Positions 25,269 through 36,662 of a stretch of DNA of 64,000 bases are shown here, piece after piece. The stretch comes from Saccostrea cucullata. Taxonomy: Eukaryota. Position 1 is the stretch's first letter. Every line of letters starts with the position of its first letter. Position numbers and translations under genes: made by a program. Under the pieces are notes generated by a model. It was given only the letters and a program-made list of their open reading frames with translations. It made no database searches and was not told the DNA's origin. The stretch spans positions 186,001 to 250,000 of the forward strand of contig NW_026927071.1 in assembly GCF_032062105.1 (NCBI RefSeq). Direction: 5' to 3'.

Positions 25269-28200
25269 TTAGTATTGGAAGAAATAAGCCAGCTCCTCCT
25301 CCTCCCTGGAAGCTTGATCCGCCCCGTCATCCTCCCGCTTCTTGTGCCGTGGGGGCTCTGATCGGAACACGAGTTTTCGGCCCGTCTGTAAGTAATGATC
25401 AATGTAAATTTTGAAAAGTATATACGAAACTGTATTCAAAATATTTTCGTAGACTGTATCATTCCAAATCATGAAATCAGTTAATATTTATTTATTTAAT
25501 GTGTCGTAATAAAAAATAATGCCACCTAAAATTATATTTTTCCGTATTCAGGCATGTCCACCAACTACATTGGCCAACATCGATCTTGGTCAGATGAAAA
25601 CCAGTGTATAAGTCTTTCATGATTTTATACAATACTTGTATATATTCTTTCAAGTCAGCTTCATGACATCAGTCTTTTTAAGATATATCTACCTGTTTCT
25701 TTGGCTCGGCCTTCGCCCTCTCTAATGCCTTGCGTACTCTCTCCTCCTGGTGTAGTCTCTGCTGTTCTATCTTTTCCTCTCGTAGTTTTAACCGCCTCTC
25801 CTTATCCTTGGCCTTTATGTCAAACATTCATATATAATCAACTTAAACTGCATGCTTATTTTTTTTATTTCCAAATTCAAAGTTACATTTAGAATTTCGA
25901 AGTTAAAAAATAAAGACAACTTTAGCTTTAAAACTATCTCAAACAATGGTAATCATCCTTTGCATATCTGCCCGCAAACGCATTTTCTTGATTTTAAAGA
26001 TCTATAAGTTTTCGAGAAAATATATTTTTAACATCACAGAAAAGAATCCTCCTTATGACAAACAATGACATTAGAAATGCCGTACATTATTTTTCGCGTG
26101 ATCTGACATACCTTTTCAGCTGCTTCCACTTTATCTTGCGGCATTGTTTCTATCATTTCAAATAATTCCTCTAACCTGTTTTCTATATTAGTTAACATCT
26201 GTAATGTGCTACAATATACATTGAGAAAAAATGCAGTCACTATTATATAGGCATCATATTATATGACTATACACTCCGTATCCGTAGAATAAGCCATGTC
26301 TGTAAACCTCTTGATCAACTGTGATGGGGGCATTGAGATTCAAACTTTGATTTTTTTTTGGCCCGATAGTTTTCGTACATACTTAAATTGTTGCAAAAGT
26401 TTACAGAATTAATTCCTTGTGTTTTCTGTGTTTCTTCATTTTTAGCACTTAGAAACTGTATGATGATTACTCCTACTTGAAAACCTTACTTCTAAACGTT
26501 TTATGACAACACCTCCCCCATATATTTTACTTCAAAAATACGAATAAAATTCTCAGGTTTTCAATCACAATACATATGTCTACTTCACTAGAAATAAATA
26601 AGACTTTCTGCATCCATTTTGTTTGTTTAACGTCCCTTTCCTGAATTTTTCACTCTTTAGGTAGCAATAGACGCTGATTCATTCACAAAATGGCATACAT
26701 TTGACTAAAAAAATTTACATATCTTCCACCTTGTTATTAAATTCACCTTGTTCAACCTGCACCATAGAAGCCAAAAAAAAAAGTATTATAAAGAAAAAAT
26801 TACATTATGTTTCTTCCACCTTGATATTAATATGTTTTTTTTTCAACCAGCACCGTGCCTCAAATATTAAGGAACTGTGTTACCTTCTCCCTTGGATTTT
26901 GAGTAAAATAATGGGTGTCAAGAAAGCACAACACAGTAGGATACTGACAGTCTGTTAAGGCAACCTTCCCCAGATCTCAGAATATATAGGCATGCTGTCC
27001 AGATATGTAAGAGTTATCTCCCTTTTTCAAAACAAAACTAGCGCTATTAATTTTATCTATTAGTAAATTAAAGCACACACATCTAGTAAATGTATTATAA
27101 AATGTTTTAGTTTATGAAAAGACATCTACCATTGAGACATGCTGAAGACATTTTTTCAGCAGTAAATTACACATCTAGAGGGAGATAACTCACTGTTACG
27201 CAAAAGCAGAAGCAGAGCTTATAGAAAAGGAAGCAAATATATGACAATAATGAAATGAATATTTAATAACATCGTAATGTCTATATTTTTTTAGTAAAAG
27301 AGAAAAACTGAGACATGTTTTTCTATTAGAAATGATTTGACAGATATTGAATAAAAATGATATGAAATTCTCTCAGAGTGAAGTCAATGAATAGCACCAT
27401 AAAAGTATAAATATATTTTAAAATTGAATTGATATCATGGATAGCATATGACATTGCTGTTGAAAAGAATGAATTTAGCAAAATAATAAATAAAAGAAAT
27501 GAATCTGTCATAAAATGAAAACGCTATTAGTCATACATTTACAAGTCTGGACAAAAGAAGCACAGGTTGGCTCCAACACCTTGTCACTCAGAGACCTGTA
27601 CGGAAGGTTGCCATGGTTACAGACAGTGCACTAACCTAATGTTTGCCTCATTGTCACCGATACACGACCGATACACCTCCTCCACTCTCGAGTTCAGGGA
27701 ATCTAACATCTTCTGTTGGTCCTCTGCCTTAAATTCGCCATAGGAAAATAACCTAGGTAAAAAGAAAATATAGCCTTAAGATCTAACAAATAAATTTAAA
27801 GTAGATTACAAGTAATTCTTTTACACTGTAACAAAATTTTAACAAAAGAACACATGATGAAAAGAGGTAGGATACTATTCATTCCTATTTTATGTACAAT
27901 TCTGTCAAAAAATCACACATGACGATTCATACATAAAGGACCACATTGCACATTATTTGGATAAGTGGCCATTTCTCATTTCTTTAACTGGTATGAGGAT
28001 AGAAGGTGAGGGAGAGAGAGAGAATCAGAAGGGGACAAAGATGTTTGTTTATAAGGAACAACATATGGTCGTATACTGATAATTAAGTCTTATGGTGCAT
28101 AGTATGGTTTGGATCCTTGGTCTTTACACACATATATGTGACTAAAAATGAATATACATGTATGTTAAAAGATCATGCTTTAAATTTACTATTGTGGTGC

Positions 28201-31200
28201 ATATAAAAGGTTTTCCAAAGCATGCATTACTGCATGGAAGGACTAAGTACAAACCCCAAAATTCCTACTGTCTTAAGCATTTCACTGAACAAAACAATAT
28301 AATCAAATCATGTACAGAAATTATGATAGGAAAAAAATGAGGGAAGCTCTGGCTTTTTTTAATGTGAATATAAAAATATTTCATTTTATTAAGTTTCAAA
28401 TGTTGTTTTCAAGAAAATTTGAAAAGATTTTCATGTATCACAATGATGAAAAAATTCTTTGCACTATATCACACAAAAACAAATAAAAATGACTCAAAGA
28501 AAAATCTCTATATATAATGTTTAATTACCTAGCTTTGATCTTTAAATCTGCTGCTTTTGACTCCTCTTTTGATATCTGTGAATTTAATTTGTCTATTTGT
28601 TCTTTTAATATTGAAGTTTCTTTTTCCCTGAAAAAAAAATCAGAAATAGAATGAATTTCATGAGCAATGGTACATAACATGATAATTGCTTGATATTAAT
28701 ATAAAACTGTAAAATGGCTCTAAATTATAATAAATCAACCCATTTAAAATCTGCTCAGATTTGGCATCTGTGCATTATAGAAACCAGCAATATAATCCAA
28801 TGTGCTGAAAATACTAACTGTTCCTCCAAGTCTGTAAAAATAGATGATTTTTTAATATTCAGACAGACAAACTTCACTAATATAATGTTTGATCGACCGA
28901 GACCATTTTATGGTTTGTATCATCTGCATTATTGTTAGTTACATAAATTTTAACTTTTGTCTGTTTTATAGTTTGCATTATGGTATTACAAAGTTATTTT
29001 CACTTTTATCTCTTTATGTTGTTACATGCATTTTAACTTTTGTCTGTTTTATGGTTTGTATGTTGTTATATGCATTTTAACTTTTGTCTGTTTTATGGTT
29101 TGTATGTTGTTACATGCATTTTAACTTTTGTCTGTTTTATGGTTTGTATGTTGTTACATTTTAACTTTTGTCTGTTTTATGGTTTGTATGTTGTTGCATT
29201 TTAACTTTTGTCTGTTTTATGGTTTGTATGTTGTTGCATTTTAACTTTTGTCTGTTTTATGGTTTGTATGTTGTTACATTTTAATTTTTGTCTGTTTTAT
29301 GGTTTGTATGTTGTTGCATTTTAACTTTTGTCTGTTTTATGGTTTGTATGTTGTTACATTTTAACTTTTGTCTGTTTTATGGTTTGTATGTTGTTACATT
29401 TTAACTTTTGTCTGTTTTATGGTTTGTATGTTGTTACATGCATTTTAACTTTTGTCTGTTTTATGGTTTGTATGTTGTTACATGCATTTTAACTTTTGTT
29501 TGTTTTATGGTTTGAATGTTGTTACATGCATTTTAACTTTTGTCTGTTTTAAGGTTTGTATGTTGTTGCATTCTAACTTTTGTCTGTTTTATGGTTTGTA
29601 TGTTGTTACATACATTTCTTTTACTTTTATCTGTTTTATGGTTTGTATGCATTTTAACATTTGTCTGTTCTATGGTTTGTATGTTGTTACATGCATTTTA
29701 ACTTTTGTCTGTTTTATGGTTCGATAATGTTACATGCATTTTAACATTTGTCTGTTTTATGGTTTGTATGTTGTTACATGCATTTTAACTTTTGTCTGTT
29801 TTTTGGTTTGTATGTTGTTATTTACATTTTAACATTTTAACTTTTGTTTGTTTTATGGTTTTTTGTATGATGTTATATTGTTTTATGGTTTGTTTGTATG
29901 GTGTTACATACATTTTAACTTTTGTCTGTTTTATGGTTTGTTTCATTTCTTCTAACGCTTCCTCAGTTTCTTGACTGTTTTGAATTAGAGATAAATTCTG
30001 CTCTTCTAAATCTGCAAAAATGTCCAGCAGTTCCTGTGGATGTGAGAAGAACAATTCCAAATCCTGAAATTAAAAAAAAAGTATGTAAGCTACTTATAAT
30101 TGATGAAAGGTAGGTACATTAAAACATGATCATAACAAACAGGCTTCATTAAATAATGTTTACAATGAAATGATTTTCATTCTCAATAGCTTACAAAATA
30201 TATTGCAGTTATAACAGATATTACATGTATAATGAATTATGTTTATGACAAAGCAATATATCGATTCCTTGGAACTTTACTATAAGTGCGGTACGTATTC
30301 TGCATTAGGTAGATGATAACATGATATTTTGATAATCGGTTGAAAAAAGAGAAAAATCCAGTTTATGGAAACTCATAAAGATAATAGTCTCCTTGCTATT
30401 TATAGACACTTCTCCTATACAATGTACCTCATCACTCTCTTCATCTTCTTCTTCATCTTCCTCTGGTCTAAATGAGAAAATATCAAAAAAATCTTACAGC
30501 TATTATATCTTTCTATGCATGATATTTTCATTGATGGTTTGACTAAATTCCATTTGATTTATTCATATTTGATTTCTTAAAACAAAAAATGTTATATCAT
30601 TGACATCAAATACTTTTTGTCACAGGGTTTGAACAAAAATGAAATTCAAGTAATGTTACCCAGTAAGCCCAGTATAATACTTGTTGAAATTGAACTTTTG
30701 GTTTGAGATTGTACTTACTTTTTGGCTGGGGGTTTTGAGACCGGTGGGGGAGGGGGTTTTGGCATCGCTTTCTTTTTGCCCTTGAAATCTTTGGGATCTG
30801 ATTCTAAAAGACTCTTTTTGTAAGCAATCATCTCTTGTTCTTTTGCCTTCTTTCTCTCTTCACGTCTCTTCTTTTTCTGTTTTTCTTTTTTGTCTCGCCA
30901 ATCCTGTTTTAGTTTTAAAGATTAAATATAAAACATGCATTTAAAAATTTTCAGTGTTTTTGAAAAAAAATTCACAAATTCTAAAGGTTATCACAACTGT
31001 GTATCTGCTTTACAGAATATGAGAAAAATAGGGGGGCATACAAGAGAAAAAGATAAGCATAATTATATAAATAATAATTGATGATACAGCTAATAGAAAA
31101 AATAAAATTTAGAGGAGCATGTGCAGTACCCTCTAGAGGTATTTATCTTCCTGTAAGCAGAATATGTAGATAATAAGCTGTGCCACCATAGCCCACAAAC

Positions 31201-34200
31201 CTGAGGTGTAAGATTGTCCAAAAACTTTCTGTACATTTGATATTCTTTCAGTGTGTCTTCGTATTTAGAAATCTCCGATTTGATTGCCATCATTGCTGCA
31301 TTAACCTTCTTTATCTCGGCTACCTTTTCAAGTTTAGCTTTTGTTTCATTCTCTGCCCTGTTGTTATAAATCCAAAATATTACTTATATGATTATAAATG
31401 TTCCATACCCACCATAAACAGTTGATTTTAAAAAATGTTGATTGAAAACATCAATCAAAAACTGTGACATTATATTTTTTTTCAAATTATTTCATCAACA
31501 GATAACAAATTGAAAGTCTAGGCCATTTCAAATTATCTCCATAATACACATATTTGGCAACAATCTAAATGATCCCAAATCATAATGCAGGCCTCTCAAT
31601 ACTGCTAAAAATATGGAAAAAACAAGCAGCTTAACTTTAAAACCATCCTGCCTACTAAGTGCATATAACCACAAATAGGTTGTAACACTGGTGAATTCAA
31701 TATACTAGTAGCACATGACCAACCCTTTGGTGTAACCTCCACCCAGGGACTTTAATATGCCTTTACCTGATTCTCTAACCTGCATGCTCATAAAGCACAC
31801 TTCACTTCATGCTACACAAACCTTGGGAGTAAGTCTGTCTAAGAACTTTCTGTACATTTCAAACTCCCTCAACATATCCTCAATTTTTGTGATTTCTGAG
31901 CGAACAGTCATGATAATGCTCGAGATTTGTTTTATCTCTAAAACTTTTTCCATTTTCTCCCTGCTTTCCTTCTCACAACTAAATTTAAATAGATGTCAAG
32001 GTTTTCATTCTTTATTATTCTTTTCCTTGATCGAAAGGATTCAGGAAATTATAATTATATGCTCCACAAAGTTACGCATATAAAACTTTGTGCTATGCAA
32101 ATTCCATCACTAAAAGATGCATTTCAGTAGTTAGTATTTTATTTCAGTTAAATTTGCTAACATAAAATATTCTCTTTTTTTATATAAGAAAAAAAGTTTT
32201 GAATAAGGAAAAAGACTAAACATGGCTTTCTCTCGAGGAATTAGTTTATACTTACTCTCGAACAGCCTCGTTTGACCCATGGTCGTTTTCTTTGAGGAAT
32301 TCATCAAACATGGCGGCATCCTCCTGTAAGTAGAGCTCCGCCAGGTCCAGCTTCTTCTCCTCCGCCTGCGAGATCTCCTCCAGTTTACTCATCTCATTTC
32401 TCTTTACTCCCAGAGAGTACTAAATAAACAAAATATTATTGCAAATACTAAACTAAAGAAAGACCAAGAAAATTGATTGAAATAAACTTGAGGAGGTTTT
32501 ACATACTTGGACTAGAAACATCTCCCTCTTCTTGGCGATGTATTCTGCTAGAGATTCTTTTTCAACATGTCGGTCTACAACAATAAAAAATAAAAATCAC
32601 ATAAGCAAAATATCATATATTTCAAAGATTATCCAGGAGAGGACCCTTTTAGTTTGTTCACAAAATAGTGTAAATTAAAATTTAAAAACCTCATTATTTT
32701 GAACTTGATGGAATCCCCCCTCCCCTTTCAAAAAGATTTGAGATAATTGTGGACTTGAGATGGTAAAGATATAATGTTTAGAACTTCAAATTCATTTCAA
32801 CATATCCTTTGTATTTAAGATACCCATGTTTGAGATGCCACAGTTCAATTGTATATTTTTCTATTACATAATGAAGCTTCAGATAGGTTTGCATGGTAAG
32901 AAGAACACAAGCATTGCCTTGTATTTAGCCTCACCTCTGGTGACTGCAATAGTGTGTTCTGGATCATCTTTTACTGCAATGGCCTTATCTGAATCCTCCA
33001 TTTCCTTCTCTTCATCGGAATCTACCGGTTTGATCATTGATGCTGTGCGAAAATTTACTTTTGATGCGTATGTTGTTTTTTCATGGACTCTTAGTTTACG
33101 TTGTTTTTCCCTTTCCTATTAAAGTAATCAATAAAAAATAATAAATTACTTATAAACAACATGGTTCTTTAAGAATATTGATTTTATTATTGTATTGAAA
33201 ACACAAAGTGGGAAGTAAAATTAAATTAGATTTAAAGAGAAACTTTACCAAACCAAAATTAAATAATCAATCAATGAATAATTACCATCTTTTTCCTCTG
33301 CCTTTCCTTGTCTCTGAGAACAAAAATATCACTGTCTGCAGGCATTTTGAAAGGATTTCCTTGAGGAACAAGTTCATCTATGAAAGACATACAAAAAAAA
33401 AAATTAAAATACCCTTAGTAGTAAGTCAAATCTCCATGTACTATAGTACATACATTTTTAAATATTTTTATGCAAAGTAACAAAGCACTCACTAAAATTC
33501 AATTTCAGATCAAATTAGATGAAAATATCAGGGTGTCCCATTGACCCAAGGACCATGGAATTTCCCTGCATATATTGCCATAATCCCCTGGTTATTTGAG
33601 TATCCCCACTCAACCCCCTGTTTTGGGAGGAACCCCATACATTCTTCTACTTTTTGTAAGCTACATGTATTTCAGTTCTTAGGGACAACTCTGAGATATT
33701 AGGACTATAGCTATCATAAGAGTAAAATAAAAGACTATATATTTACATGTAACACTTTTTTTTTAAGTCGAAACAAATAACATGAATAATGAGATAAATA
33801 TGATAAATATATAAATTATCAGAATGCCTAAAAACATTGACAAGTTCTTAATCATATTATACTCATATAAATTTACAACATTATATTATATGATTATAAA
33901 AACAATACCTGACAATACAGTTGATACAGATTTGGCAGAGTTTGGGAAAGTAACTCTCCCAGATTGCCTCGACCCATCTTGTCCTATAAATATAGATCAA
34001 ATCTGTTTTAAAAACATAATGGTTCAAAATATATACAACAGTAAAATTTAAAAGTCTTTCAATAAAATGTTCATATTCATCTTGCCATACAAAAAGTTCC
34101 CATAAATACCATATGTTTTTGTTTTTTTAGAACCAATTTTAAAGGTCTGTGTATTGTTATTTGAACTTACTAGATTTTTTCCCAGAAACCTCTGAGTTAG

Positions 34201-34237
34201 GTGAAACTGCATTAGATCTGGTCGGTGAATCTGCCAT
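25269..34237 (-). CDS. CFAP100: Cilia- and flagella-associated protein 100 (CCDC37/CCDC38 family, DUF4200)
   Basis: Exons 34237-34171, 33983-33909, 33377-33286, 33115-32935, 32574-32507, 32419-32256, [31978-31822 OR 31357-31201], 30903-30719, 30467-30428, 30063-29912, 28627-28529, 27752-27636, 26208-26112, 25812-25693, 25385-25269. Motifs KKREMFLVQYSL, AAMFDEFLKEND, LEEQNLSLIQNSQE, GRKLVFRSEPP. Confidence 0.9.
28890..29945. repeat. 40/44-bp minisatellite derived from the 3' end and donor site of a CFAP100 exon
   Basis: Unit ttttaacttttgtctgttttatggtttgtatgttgttaca(tgca). The last copy is the coding sequence KQTIKQTKVKM at 29912-29945. Confidence 0.9.
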
Positions 34238-34450
34238 TGTCTTGTATTATTGTTAGTTTTGTTGGAACTAAAATTCGAGGAAATTCGAATCGTAAATAAA
34301 GATTTTGCACGAAAAACTACAATAATATTTTGCAGTTGGCTAGTAAATCAAAAGATTTTACAAATTAAATAAGGTCTGCACAAATGAATATATATCTCTC
34401 TGAATTAAAATATTACAAAAAACATAGAATACGTGCGTATTTTTTATCAC

Positions 34451-34596
34451 CTGCCTGCAATCTTCAAAGGCAACAAAGATCCCTCTCAGGCCTCTCTGTT
34501 TACAATATCCGTGGTAACAATATACTCGGAACACCTCGCACCCTTTCGGTCTAAACTTCCGTTCAGCATTGAAGTCGAGCCCGCAATCCATAGAAA
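34451..34596. promoter_or_regulatory. Compact bidirectional promoter region of CFAP100 and RPP30, with an RFX X-box-like and an ETS-like motif
   Basis: Head-to-head genes. Putative CFAP100 5'UTR intron at 34268-34450. ATATCCGTGGTAAC at 34505-34518; ACTTCCG at ~34555. Confidence 0.55.
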
Positions 34597-36626
34597 ATGT
34601 CTTACGCAGACTTGAGTGTACAGATTTGTGACAGGAGAGTATTGCTGGAAAAGGTTGGGCTAGCAATAAAACGTAAATATGTCTTTGTTTTTCCATTTCC
34701 ATAAATATGTCAATTAAAATGTTAACAGAAAGCATAGACGTAAAACGAAGGGACTGCCGACTTATGACGTCACAATCACTATCTTCTTGCGCTTGCAGCG
34801 CCCTCACCGGGATGTATAGAAACAGACTTCCTGTAATGAAATCAATGTTGTCGCATCATGATTTTTCGCATTCTTTAAGGAAATACATGTAACAACAAAT
34901 TAGAAAAATCAATCACTTATCTAAGCTTTCCATGACGAAATGATCTCGATTGACTACTTCGGAACTTATAACTTTACGCTGTGGAGTCGATGGAAACGTT
35001 TTAAATGCAGACATCAGCTGACTATGACTTGACATCCCTTGAATGCTGTCGATGATATTTTACGGTAGTACATAATTTATATTCTTATTTAATTTACAAA
35101 ATAAGGAAACAATTTTCTACCAATATTTTTGAAACAACGACCAATTTCATATCTATGCTGAATTCATATTCAGAACTGATAAATAATAAATATATCGTGA
35201 AGTGCCGTTCAACAACTTAATAAATAGAGATGTTCCCGTTGGCCATTAATGATCTACATAATTATGTATTTTTAAAAAGTTAGTTATAACTCTTAAAATA
35301 TTTATTTAATCATGTTTATTCAGGATTACAGCATTGTCAGTGATCAAAAGATTTTCTAAGAGATCTTTTTTGATTTTTCCCACAGGATTTGTAGATAGCC
35401 TGTCCACTTTTCAAATGAAAATAGGGGTCTGCCTTGCACACCAAACTCTATGGAAAATGTTTGAGAACATGTACCATGCCATGTACCATCTGGTATAATA
35501 ATGTGAAAGAACAATGATTGGTTACAAAGCTTCACAGGATTAAATCAACAAAAGTGCCATGTGGAGTGTCCCATGCATGCACGAATGAGTGGCACATGAC
35601 TGGAATTCAATGATTTATTATCATGTTTAGAACTCAAATTTTTTCAACTATACTGTGTATATCCAGATTGTGATTATTATGAACTTTTGTATATCATAAC
35701 TCAAAGACAAACTGCATCAATATAAATATTAAATAATTTAATATGACTGAAATGAAATATTATTAAAATCATTGTTATATTTTAGACTTTTCCACTGTTT
35801 TATTTATTAAAAAGGTTATTCAAATTAAAGCAGTGAAAAGCACTGATAATTAACATTAATTATGCATGTTTTAAGATTGTATATGAGAGTTACTTCTTGA
35901 AATTTTTGATTTTACAGTATAAAAAGTTATATCCCCATTTTCAAAAGTGAGTTATCTCCCCTCAAAATCGGAACTCTTCTACACTAGCCTAACTTCCGCG
36001 GACTACGCAATACAAAATAGTCATCAACTTACACGCTGTATTTAAGAATTTTAAAAGAAGGAAACGGTTTGAATTTTTCTTTAGATAATAAATTATTTTA
36101 TAAAAGGTCTGTTAGCCCCCCCCTTTAAAGAAAGCTATACGAATTAACCAGGCACGTAGCATCGTCTTTAAAAGTGGGGGGGGGGGGTAGCCAAAGAAAT
36201 ATTTTTTTTTTACCTGGAAAAGTTGACAAGCAAAGAAAAACCTTGCCCAAAGTTGAAAAAGCTACTTATTTCAGTACCAGTTACTTGGCATACAATACTA
36301 CATTTCCCTTATATAACTTACCGTAGTATTAACTGTGTGCGTGTGTGTGTGTGGGGGGGGGGGGGCAACCTATCTATCAATGAACATTTTCAATAGAAAA
36401 AGTAATATTGGGAAAAAAACTGGGGGTGGGGCTAAGCCCCTTGACCCCCCCCCTTCCCGTGCGTACAGGTACAGAGAATGAATATGTAAATGGGTTGAAC
36501 AGTTGAATGTGAACCATAGTTGTGAAAATTAAAAATTATTAGAATTATTAATTGTGGATTCAATAAAATTACGGTACATATATTTTTCACAGATGTACAT
36601 GTATGTCAGTTACACGGGGTTACACG

Positions 36627-36662
<36 letters not shown>

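Noticed and set aside
34358-34807. 149-aa minus-strand ORF
   Set aside because: It is antisense to RPP30 exon 1, the promoter and a P-element TIR, with no recognisable domain.
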